The position numbers and the translations under genes were made by a program. DNA of 64,000 bases from Octopus bimaculoides (taxonomy: Eukaryota): positions 4,851,493 through 4,915,492 of the forward strand of contig NC_068992.1 of the NCBI RefSeq assembly GCF_001194135.2. The letters are read 5' to 3'. Every line of letters begins with the position of its first letter. Positions within the stretch are counted from its first letter, which is position 1. This document shows positions 52,762 through 64,000 of this stretch, in pieces. The notes below the pieces were generated by a model. It was not told where the DNA came from. It searched no databases and saw only the letters and a list, made by a program, of their open reading frames with translations.

Positions 52762-52989
52762 CTGTGTGTAAGTATAAAAGAAGAAAGAGATCAAGAGACC
52801 AATGGCATAAGTAAATTTATATTTTATGTAGAAGGTCTTACAGCTGTTTCAGGGAAATTTCAAAATATTCCTTCATCGGAGACAGTAATAGTAGAAGAAT
52901 GGATTATTACATATATCTGAGGAAATTTTCATAAAGAAATGAGAGCGATGCGGAGAAGAAAAAACAAAGATGAAAAAAGTACTTGGAGT

Positions 52990-53530
52990 ATAATTCCATT
53001 CCAACAGTAAATATCCATGTATAGAAGAATCCGTGTGGGTATTTTCCACTGATGTTTATAGTTGCAATGGTGGATATATATCATATCGCATCCAGTTTAC
53101 TCTGTGCGTTGTTTACTTAAAGGACAGTCCGAAGTGAGTGGAAGATGTGTGTAGTATTAAGAGGTCAAGCCATAAGACAGGACGGAGGAGATAATTTAAG
53201 GGAGAAATGAAGGAATTAGTGCCAGCAGTAGGCTATAAATAGATGAATAGCAGGTCTGTAAGAGATTGTGAGGTCAGTTCTACTGACAGGAGAGAAGGAA
53301 GGAGGAAAGAGAACAAAGGGAAGAAGATGGGGGCGCAAGTATAAGTTTTGTAAAGAAATGGATAGGTGGAGAAATGGGGCGAGAAGAGGTTAAAAGAAGT
53401 GGTAAGGGGAGGTAGTTACAATTGTGTACAGTGTGAGGATAGTAAGGAATCGGTATGGGGTGATGGTGTTGGTGGGGTTCGAAGAATAGTAGTAAAAGGA
53501 AAAAAGTATAATAAGACAGAAAGGTAGTAG
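52990..53530 (-). mobile_element. Possible highly decayed LINE remnant or purine-rich tract
   Basis: Strongly G/A-rich plus strand, with only faint resemblance on the minus strand to CR1/L2-type ORF2 C-termini. No intact motif. Confidence 0.25.
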
Positions 53531-56343
53531 TGTTAATATTCTATAAATAGAGCTAAAATTATTTCAAAGATGGTAGTAGAAGAACCCGATAGCTAACTAA
53601 TAAAGGAACATATGTACTTATATATATAATTACAAGCGTGAAACAAGGTCGTTGGGGTTATCTGTGCGGAGTCGTCGGAGTACGATGTGTACGAAATTTT
53701 TGGTCGCCTACACATTCCCAGAATATCTTTACTACTTCACCTGGAGAAGAAGCAAATGCGAAATAAATGACTATTAAATAACATATTTTAGTATTACTAT
53801 TAAAAATCACATAACATGACTTTTGTAATTTTGTTTCAGCAAGTCTGCTTCATATCTGAAAATTGGTCTTAGGAACAGAAACCAATAATTCATTTCCTAT
53901 TTAGAACTCGATAAAGAGTAATTCACAATATTTATGGAAATGACAATTGCGCAATCTTAGCTTTATATGGAAGCAAACAGAATGTTTTGTTTTTTCTTAG
54001 ATATACATATTATTTTGGTGATTGTAAATGGCAATGTATTTCTGTTTTAACATATGTAAGCTTGAACTTTTACAAGAGCAGCAGATATAAGATATAAGGT
54101 TTATTCAGTATTTCATCGCATGTGTGTTTAGTTCTGACATTGATTCATAACTCCTTTTTGAAACTTAGAATATCATATAAGAAAGTATGTTACGTGTGTT
54201 TATTACTTTGTAATTGCTCCCCATAATATATTTCTTTCAAATCCCAAGACATTAATATTAACACATTGCGAAATAATTATAATCAGTAAGGTTATATTTC
54301 TTTGCAGTGTGAATAACATTTTTATATACCGTACTGGCTTTGTTAGGAAAGCTGAAAAGGTTCATGTAAGTGCATATCATATGCAATAAACGGAGATGCA
54401 TCAGAAATAAGTTACATTTCTACTTTGCCTTTGATGTTGACGGTTCAAATGTTACTATTTGATCCGTTAATTGTCAGTATTCAGAGAAATATAACCACAT
54501 CATTCAGGGGACTATTATCAATTTCTCCAGAATAATATCGTTAAAAACAAAAACGTTTAATTGGCAATTTATAGGACCTTCCTCTTCATTGTCGAAGAAC
54601 TGCCGGAATATTAGTAGAATCTAGTGAATATTGATCAAAGTATTGTATCATAAAATGTTACTGTGGGATATAAAATGAACTTTTATCTCATTATCATATA
54701 ACCAATATTTCTCTTATTTCCAGATACACTAAGGAATATTTTACTGTTCTCTACATTGATTTAATGATTAGCCGTATGCTATAAAACAATTCAATATAAA
54801 AAAGATAACAGATGACACAAGGTGCAGTCATATAGTAATTAGAAATAAAAGGCATGCAGGAAATATCAAATGTAATGGTCAATATCTATCGTGAAGTGGA
54901 CAACACAAAAACCAAAGTATTTCATACGAATTTATGAGGTTCGTTACTGCGTGAATGTTCTCTAAACGAAAGTCACATATGTATATAATTGTGCATTTTC
55001 CCATTTGTAGAACTTCGGGTATAAACACTGCTTTTTGAATTAAGATCACTTCAAGCAAGTAATTCTTCTGTGGCTTGAGGTATACACATAAGAGCTACAT
55101 AAGCGAATATTTCTATTTTGCCGTGTGCTGATATTGTAACAATATCTACTTAAATATCAAATGCTGATGTTACAGCAATGTCTAATTATCTGTTAAACCA
55201 CTCAGAAATCCGTCCATGTGTGAATCTACTCATTCGTTTATTCACCACACTAGTCCGTCGCCAGTGAGTCATAAGAAGTTTGCGTGCGCCCTAAGTCAGT
55301 GTCTTAGTCTCACAATCGTTCAAACCATAAAGAATTCAACCGGGAAAAGGTATTCCCTTATCATATCAGTGCTTCTTTTAGCAATGCATAGAATATGCTA
55401 TTTCTAAAACGACTGTTTTCGAAATTGCCTATTCCCTGCATACTAACTATACCAAAAAAAAAAACCGATGTTATTATACCCAATATTTCAATACCCTATA
55501 TACCGTGTCCATCGCGATAAGCAAAATCATTTTCCGGAAAATCAATTAATGTATCCCAAGTGGAAATTTTTCTAATTGTTTTAATGCGTATTAAGAAAAG
55601 CTGTTTTGGTAATATTAAATGTTATGCAACATGTTCTAGACCGGAAAATATTTATTAATAGAAATGCTGGTAAAGACAAAAATATTTCCTATCCTCAGGT
55701 ACGACAATGTTCACAATTGCCATAGCGAAGAGTGAGCCAGATCAAATAGTTTCCAGTGCATCTCTTAATATGATTGTTTCTATTGTTATCACTGCTATAT
55801 TGCACTTCCACTATTTAAAGTTGTTTTCCCGTGGGCTCACCGATTTCCTACGTGATTAGAATGTTTCGCTTTGTTTTATTAAATTATGTGAAAATATATT
55901 ATATTTTATGTTCACTAGTAATTGGAAATAAAATGTACTTTATTTTTCTTTTTTTAATTATCTCTGTTTTACTAACACGCGGAAAATAAATAACGCATTT
56001 CGAAAATTACATACAAAATATGCACTTGTTAATATGGGATGTGTTCTTGCACAACATGTGCAAGAATATGTTGCATTTCTTGCACAGATGTGTTCCTGCA
56101 ACAACTTTCTGTTGTAATGTTAATGAAAAGTACCTTAATGTCTCAAATAGAAATGTAACTGCTTACATTAATAATATCGGTAGGCAAGCAAGTTATAGAA
56201 ACATTTAAACTAGGGAAACGTCGGCTATTCTGGTACCATATCTGTGTGAGAATCCAAACTCTCACGTTCACAAGCACACTCACAAGCATACAAACCTACA
56301 AGCAATTATTTAGATCCATTAATTTCTCATTAGTTATGTTGTT

Positions 56344-56427
<84 letters not shown>

Positions 56428-56982
56428 AAAAGAGAGAGAGAAAGAGAGAAAGAGAGAGAGAGAGAGAGTATGTGTGTGNNNNNNNNNNNNNNNNNNNNNN
56501 NNNNNNNNNNNNNNNNNNNNNNNNNNNNNNNNNNNNNNNNNNNNNNNNNNNNNNNNNNNNNNNNNNNNNNNNNNNNNNNNNNNNNNNNNNNNNNNNNNNN
56601 NNNNNNNNNNNNNNNNNNNNNNNNNNNNNNNNNNNNNNNNNNNNNNNNNNNNNNNNNNNNNNNNNNNNNNNNNNNNNNNNNNNNNNNNNNNNNNNNNNNN
56701 NNNNNNNNNNNNNNNNNNNNNNNNNNNNNNNNNNNNNNNNNNNNNNNNNNNNNNNNNNNNNNNNNNNNNNNNNNNNNNNNNNNNNNNNNNNNNNNNNNNN
56801 NNNNNNNNNNNNNNNNNNNNNNNNNNNNNNNNNNNNNNNNNNNNNNNNNNNNNNNNNNNNNNNNNNNNNNNNNNNNNNNNNNNNNNNNNNNNNNNNNNNN
56901 NNNNNNNNNNNNNNNNNNNNNNNNNNNNNNNNNNNNNNNNNNNNNNNNNNNNNNNNNNNNNNNNNNNNNNNNNNNNNNNNNN

Positions 56983-57019
<37 letters not shown>

Positions 57020-57801
57020 CATAACACATGTTCTAAAAAAAGGTTTCATATAGGTTCACCCATTCGAGGAATGTAGAATAATGTAGACGCACACTCACTG
57101 TCCACACATGCACAACCCATACACACAACTATATATGTTCGACAGTTACGTGTATATATATATATATATGAATGTATGTTTATATTTTGTAATATAACTC
57201 TTTCTATGTAACTATGTATCTTCACACACATACACACACATATTAGTGTAGTGTCTCGTCATTAGCTAAAATATATACTATTCACAAACTTTATTGCTGT
57301 CAAAATAGTTTAAATCGAATAATACGTGTTTTTCAACATTACATATAATGATATAATCTGTAGAACACATATTAATGCATATCTAGATATGAAAATGTAG
57401 GTCAAACAAAATGATAAATCATTATAAAAATATTCATATATATGGCATCTTCAAATTGACGTAAATTTGCCTGAAGAATTTTGAAATTAACAAAATGTAA
57501 TGGTAAGAAATATCAATGTACATCAGAATGTATAACTTTATATACATAAAGCTTTCTTTTGCTGATGCTAGTAATAAAGACAGCAGAAGACATAGTAAAT
57601 AATGGCATTAGTAGATAATATTTAGAATAGAATCTTTTATTTTATTCACATATCTATAATTGGAAATGTAAGCAAATTTTATTGTGCATTGTATTCGATT
57701 GAATTACCGAATGCAACTTGAATGCATGTATATTTTAATCAAATGTGTCATGTTATTTATTTGCTAAGCTTTTGATATATACCTGGTAAATGCGATTCTT
57801 G

Positions 57802-57807
57802 TTATTG

Positions 57808-57902
<95 letters not shown>

Positions 57903-58292
57903 GTGATATAATTCACAGCTTATTTTGCTAGGTATAATGGAATGTGTCAGTTGTCCACAGCCAGCAGACTAAAGTGGCAGTTATGTACCGGTCAAACTTC
58001 AAAAACCATTCGAAGAATTCTTGCAGTACCAAGCAATGCTGATTTTTGTAGATGTTCTACCTTCACACTTGCACCAGTCTTTTTCAACCATGTCGGTAGT
58101 TTAGAGCTGATACTTCCAAGGGCGCCAATTACTATTGATATTACCCGTGTATTACCAACTTAGATTTTATTCTATTCCGTCAATTTTGAGCGCACCTTCG
58201 GAAATATTCAATCCTTATTTGCTGCTTGATTTCCTTCTCCATCATCTCGTTGATCTCCATTATATCAAGGTATTTGGGTCCTTCCGTCAAAG
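57802..58292 (-). mobile_element. R4/Dong-like (RLE-type) non-LTR retrotransposon 3' end, internally deleted, with a (TAA)n tail
   Basis: Minus strand C-terminus RVISIVIGALGSISSKLPTWLKKTGASVKVEHLQKSALLGTARILRMVFEV* (stop at 57992-57994), preceded by the post-RT segment SLTEGPKYLDIMEINEMMEKEIKQQIRIEYFRR. About 90 nt of 3'UTR is followed by (TAA)~31 at 57809-57902. Confidence 0.88.
57809..57902 (+). repeat. (TTA)n microsatellite, the tail/target of the R4/Dong-like element
   Basis: About 31 perfect ATT units abutting the element's 3' UTR. Confidence 0.95.
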
Positions 58293-58800
58293 AATCGCTG
58301 CGTGTATGAGCATTGTCAGCCACGACATACCTAATCCGCCACGCAAAAGATGCTGGCAATGGACTAACCACTTGATCATTGGAACGCATCCCTTCCACAA
58401 GAATTTTAACAAAAGACAATCCAACCTGGTCAAGCAGTAACCGGGACAAGGCTGATAAATGATAACGGCGGATGTGTAGGCATTCAACACCTCTGCCCAG
58501 CCTTTCAGGCTGAGCTTCCTCTTAGCCCATTTCTGGGCAAGTCTGGCCAACCTGATCGCCATCTCGTCCCAGTTCTTAACATCCTGAAGGTCGGGACCAA
58601 ACCCGACCCCGAGCAGTTTAACTGTTCCGTCGATACGATCCTTTCCAGGAGCCCAACCGCAAACCCACAGATTTGTCGGAGTTGAGCTTAGCTGTTGCAA
58701 CTCATCTTACTTTACGATGGTGCCGATTGTTTCCACTTCGGAGGCATCCGACACCATGACGGTGATGTCATCTACTTATGCAGCTCGTCTCCTTCTGCAG
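58293..58800 (-). mobile_element. L1/Tx1-clade ORF2 fragment (RT domains 5-7 and thumb), inverted segment
   Basis: AA*VDDITVMVSDASEVETIG (decayed YADD), AKLNSDKSVGLRLGSWKG, VKLLGVGFGPDLQDVKNWDE, RKLSLKGWAEVLN, FLWKG, GGLGMSWL. Confidence 0.9.
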
Positions 58801-59350
58801 TCATAGATGAAGAAAAACATAAACTGGGCGCCTGCCACCTAGAATGTCATCAGGCGCTCACAGCCTTCAACCAACCGGTCTGGCAAACTGATTGTAGGAT
58901 ATTCTGCTTTAGAAATTTAGTGGCGGGGAAGTGCGACTAATTTCTCGGGGAGACTTTGGGCGCCGACAAGAACGAACTGGGTAGTCTGTTATTGCGGACT
59001 ATCCGGTCAGGAACTATCATGGATAATTTCCCGATGTCCTTGACTTGGCAGTGCTACCAGTACCGATGTGCTGTTAGACGGGCTTGTCCAAGGTGTGCGC
59101 AGAGTGACGAAACCGTCCTGTAAATCCTCGTTCAGTGTCCGGGCATTGCTGACTTGTGGGCTTATGTCGAACAATTGCTGTCACGTGTGGGACGGACCTG
59201 TATGTCGGCCGAGTCTGTAGTGAAGGTCACATCGCCACCCTCCTTCAACCGGGCAGGCGTGGTAGTTTTCATTTGGCTGATGTCTGTGGCGAGAAAGTTT
59301 GTTTGGTAGTGGATAAGGCTGAAAGGCATGAGGACAGATATATCCGTCTT
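58801..59350 (+). mobile_element. L1/Tx1-clade ORF2 C-terminal fragment with a CCHC zinc knuckle
   Basis: LGACHLECHQALTAF...ACPRCAQSDETVL*ILVQCPGIADLWAYVEQLLSRVG. This is the CxxC...ETxxHxxxxC knuckle, with the His codon mutated to a stop. Confidence 0.85.
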
Positions 59351-60257
59351 TAATAGAGCTCTTAATATTATATTGCGTCATCATTGCTCAGATTATGTAT
59401 TGCTGTATAATGCGGTTGTTTTGAGTTTTACAGTTCCATATATTCGTGTATAATTCCAATTTTTTTTTTTTTTTTTGAGAATTTGTTATATAGGTATTAT
59501 GATATGTTCAGATTAGGTGTACTTTGAATCTTGCTTACGAGCTGAAACTTTTACTTGAAAATGCAGCTCTGCTCTACAGGATTAGAAATCTGAGGATTCT
59601 ATTGAGATCTCGAGAATTTTGTAAGATTTTGTTCGTTCAGTTTTCGCTTTTTTGCTTTGTTTGGAACACACTCTTCAAATTATTGCTGGGACTTCTTGTA
59701 CCTTTCTGCCCAACATGACATCCAAGATCTGTGTATTTTCAAGGGTTCTTCCCTTATTTTTCGTACAGTTTTGCAAAGGTGTTTGGGAGCTACAACGCCA
59801 ACGCAAAAATAAATACCACGTACGAAATATGATAGAGCTGTTTCTACTTCAGGTTAGAGAATACTACCGTCTGTATAGCCGGAATATTTGAAGCGGAAGG
59901 AAATATATTTGCCTGGGGATACCCTTCCTCATGCGAACTGAGATATCACAATAATATGTTGCGGTGATGGGGAAGTAAAGGAGATAAGAAAAAGGCATGA
60001 AGCAATAGCGTGGCAAAGAGAAACAGACAGGCAAATTAATTGCAGGCGCATTTATGACAAGTTCAGAGACACATTGTCATACGGTAATGTAATAAAATAA
60101 TGTTTGTGAATGGTTCATAGACGTGTTATTAATGTATTAGGTAGTTTATAGCAAACAACACACAACTGAAAATACTGATAATTATAATGTGTTATTTTCA
60201 ATGGTGCATATGACATTTCCATGAACTTATTATATTTTATGTATACAAACCTACGCA

Positions 60258-60297
<40 letters not shown>

Positions 60298-60459
60298 NNN
60301 NNNNNNNNNNNNNNNNNNNNNNNNNNNNNNNNNNNNNNNNNNNNNNNNNNNNNNNNNNNNNNNNNNNNNNNNNNNNNNNNNNNNNNNNNNNNNNNNNNNN
60401 NNNNNNNNNNNNNNNNNNNNNNNNNNNNNNNNNCATATATACATACATATATATATCTA

Positions 60460-60492
<33 letters not shown>

Positions 60493-60494
60493 AG

Positions 60495-60941
60495 AAGAAT
60501 AAAAGCAAACAGATGTATTAGTATAAAGCTCGGGAATTGAAAAAGTCTTTAACGTTTCGAGTCTACACTCTTACACAGAAAGGATCACAGAAAGAAACAA
60601 GGAGAGAAACAAACAGAGAAAAGGAATGTGTGTAGTGGTTAGCGATCTATCAAGGCGAATACTGGACAGAATGGTCACATAGGAGAGCTAAGAAGACGGG
60701 GAGGTAACAAAGTAGTGGTTATCCCAAAATGAAGGTGCGCACGTGTAAGAGAGAACGTATGTGCGTGTGAAAGAGGGATGGTGTTCTTGACGCATGCGTG
60801 TGTGTATGTGTAGGCGTGAAAATGTGGGGATGTGAATTGGTCAGTGCCGGTGTGTTGTAATGTGTTGTGTGTTACGGTGTAGTGTGGTGTGGTGTAGTGT
60901 GATGGTATTCGGATGTGGGGGAAGCGATATTGGGGAAAGCA

Positions 60942-60950
<9 letters not shown>
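60495..60950 (-). mobile_element. Probable Penelope-like terminal (pLTR) remnant
   Basis: aaacagatgtattagtataaagctcgggaattgaaaaagtctttaacgtttcgagtctacactcttacacagaaagg, followed by a GT-rich low-complexity body. A second partial copy lies at 23938-23990. Confidence 0.55.
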
Positions 60951-60987
<37 letters not shown>

Positions 60988-61630
60988 ATATGTAGAAGGT
61001 TGAAAAGGAACGCACGGGTTGCTATATATGGAAAAAAGTCAACGTAGAAAATGCTAGAATAATTTTAGACATACATATGCATATATATATATATATATAT
61101 ATGTATACGTATGTATGATGATGTGTATACAACTGATTAACAAAATCCCGAATGTATAGATATGTGCGTCTGAATGATTGCACATTGCTATGATATATTT
61201 TGCATTGCATATTTGCAAACATTAATGCTGAAGTATAAGGGCAATGTCTCAAAATAATATCTAAGTATAAGGAAAATGTCTTAAATACTAAAAATGTTTA
61301 AGATCCTTACTAACGTCTGCATTCCCACGTTTGTTAGTCAATCTATAAAATGTAGTGTTCCATGACCATAAATGATATCATTTGTATCATATAAAACGGA
61401 CACTTATTTTACAATGAGCGTTTATTGTAGGTCATTTCGGATCTACCATACGTATAACGCATATTGTTATCGAAAAAGAAATGCAAATTTGAAACAAGCT
61501 ACATTTGAAGTCTGAAATTAAATGACCATTATACATTTTATAAGATATTATTATATGTTGATTTTATCTATTTATTATAAAGTCACTCTTCATACATTCA
61601 CAATATTATCATTGAAATTGTCTCTTTTAG

Positions 61631-61754
61631 TAAGAATAATGTTATTGAAAATGCTAACGCCATGCTGGGTTGTTTTACCGGTACCCACATAAGAAGCAAT
61701 CGATTCAAACAAAACACGGGCGACAGTTTAAAGAAAACAATTAACATCATAGAT
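61631..61754 (+). CDS. Candidate coding exon, unknown product
   Basis: gaaattgtctcttttag|...|gtgagt, 124 nt, open frame KNNVIENANAMLGCFTGTHIRSNRFKQNTGDSLKKTINIID. Confidence 0.3.
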
Positions 61755-62485
61755 GTGAGTCTTAAAATATACTGACTAGTAATATCTTCACCAAATTTGT
61801 CACCGTTGTGATGGACGGTGACGAAAAATAAACTGGATGATATCGTAGTGAGCATAGCTACAAGCCGATTTGTTATTGACTGATTTCATGACACTACACA
61901 CGATCTCGTACTAATCAATATAATATTCGCAGAGGGCCACTTCCACAAAATAATATTGAAGCTCCGTAACATCGCTTCTATATACACTATTTAAAAGTCA
62001 TGAAAAAGCTACCGTAATCTTAATGATTTATATTATATTTATTATCACTCGATTATTAGCTTGATATGGTTAATGCTTCGCAAACATTCTACAATACAAG
62101 TACGTATAAACAAACAAAACTACAAATAATTGCAATTAATTTTGAAATGCAATAAAAGTCATTAAAACATAGGAACGTTAAACGAAATATACTAACAAGC
62201 AAAGAGCTTTAAATGGAATCAGCAATTTGCAATAACAATAAGTTCAATGAATGGAAAATGGATGTAAATTTAACGATGTAAATGTAACAACAGAAAAAAA
62301 AAGAAAGAAAGAAACTAAAGCAACACAGAAGAGAAATAAGTCGGTAGGAAATAGAAAAATACATTTTAATTAAGTAGGTTTCCATGACAAAGAGTCGTTT
62401 ATTCGCTAGGAATCATTTGCTAACACATCGTTTGAAGCTCTTTGATCGTTAATTGCAAACCTAACATGTATGTATGTGCGCGTAT

Positions 62486-62492
<7 letters not shown>

Positions 62493-62572
<80 letters not shown>
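62493..62572 (+). repeat. Compound (CA)n(TA)n microsatellite
   Basis: Direct reading. Confidence 0.95.
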
Positions 62573-63364
62573 GGGCGCGCGACAGGCAGAGAGAAAGAGA
62601 GAGAGCACGAGAGAGACTAAATTTACTTCCCATAACACACACACGCACATAAACGAGCCTATACGCATATGCACACACATACAACGCTAACATTTATGTA
62701 TTAAGTATCTATATATATATATATATGTGTGTGTATATATGTGTGCTTTCATTTATATATGTTCCTGTTTGTTCGTTTACACACACTAACATCCGTGTGT
62801 ACATTTGTATGAACTTGTACGTATATATGTTTTGATGGGCGTCTAAAATCTAAGAACTAATATTATTGTGAAAATATTTTGATCATTGTAAATACAGTAA
62901 AGGTTCTATCTGAAAGTGTATTTTAATTCAAAGGAAACTATGTTACTCAATTTAGTTTAAGACAAAAGAAATTCAGTGAGTCATAACCGTATACGTATTT
63001 ATTGCTGAGATTTTAGAACGACGAAGACACTTTAGACAACGTTAAATTAGAATACAAGCAGTTTTAAATTTACTGGATGCTTCATCAACAATTGCCCAGT
63101 AGTCTTTGATTCAAGTTACATCGTTTAATATACGCGCAATATATATATTACTGACGTGCATTGCGTCGTATGTCTGTGTTTATCAATGCCACATTCACAC
63201 ATTTCAAAATAACATCCTTGTTCACATTTTCCACACAGGGAATAGGCAAATTTACTTCAAATTATTTATGCACATGCTGATCGAAAAGACTCATTAGTAG
63301 GATATTTTTTAATGAAAACTCAATGGGAACTAACAGAACTCTTTCACACATTAAGATGTATATT

Positions 63365-63367
<3 letters not shown>

Positions 63368-63428
<61 letters not shown>
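63368..63428 (+). repeat. (CT)n microsatellite running into an assembly gap
   Basis: Direct reading. Confidence 0.95.
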
Positions 63429-64000
63429 NNNNNNNNNNCTGTCTCTCAGGCGCGTTTCGTGACCCAATTTGCGAGAAGAATGGGGTGTAAATCTATGCCG
63501 TTCATTGCAGCTGAAGTCAGTTGAAGTATAGCCACCTAAGCTCACTTCAGACAAAATCAACATAAGTACCAAAGGAATTGTATTACATACTGTAGAAATG
63601 AAGAAAAGAATATAGCAGATAAAGAGGTTAGTAAATGTTTCTATATGTTAATGGAAAAGGCAGATGCTTTAATGAAGCCATTCTTAGTCAACTTTCAATA
63701 GGATGTTACATGATTTTACAAGTATAGGGCGGAAGAATGGCAGAATTGATAAAACGTCAGGCAAAATGTGTAAGGTTGTTTGTCCCGGCACCTTGTATTC
63801 TGTCTTCTGTCCTGATACTGTTAACTTTTATATTCTTTCCTTACAGCGCCGATTACACCACGTTCCCGTGTCATGAAGACAATCACTGTAATTCATGTAA
63901 TTGACTAAACCTTAACCAAAATTGCTAGCTTTTTCCATTCATGAAGTTGTACAGACAAACTTTTGAATAGCGGCTGAAATTGATTAATAAACAGAATATT

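Noticed and set aside
63546-63589. Minus-strand 44-nt exon candidate with strong splice sites (VCNTIPLVLMLILSE)
   Set aside because: Isolated, and it is not in frame with the 42709 exon. It could be a UTR exon or chance.
1-64000. CRISPR arrays, operons, rRNA or bona fide tRNA genes
   Set aside because: None seen. The tRNA-like A/B boxes belong to SINE heads, and the tandem repeats have no unique spacers.

Overview
AT-rich eukaryotic genomic DNA from a draft assembly. It has 12 N-gaps, each flanked by dinucleotide microsatellites. The very high microsatellite density and the tRNA-derived SINE families point to a coleoid cephalopod, most likely Octopus (inference from recalled repeat consensus sequences, not a database search). 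There is no intact long ORF, rRNA, tRNA gene or CRISPR array, and most ORF-track entries are microsatellite, N-gap or chance artefacts. The recognisable content is decayed mobile DNA: a fused pair of Tc1/mariner transposase relics (Hsmar1-like and DD37D/maT-like), a mariner MITE, a Penelope-like RT fragment and a terminal remnant with a hammerhead-like motif, an internally deleted R4/Dong-like LINE with a (TAA)n tail, L1/Tx1-like fragments including a 5'-inverted copy, and about 15 SINE copies. Beyond repeats, splice-site reading suggests a minus-strand exon encoding a signal-peptide-like sequence (MEVLILVCSLVI, 42668-42709) that may start a micro-exon gene, and a possible small two-exon ORF on the plus strand (23747-27078). 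There is also a 200-bp GC-rich element with several perfect helices and pseudoknot potential (4556-4765). All gene models are hypotheses and need RNA-seq confirmation.
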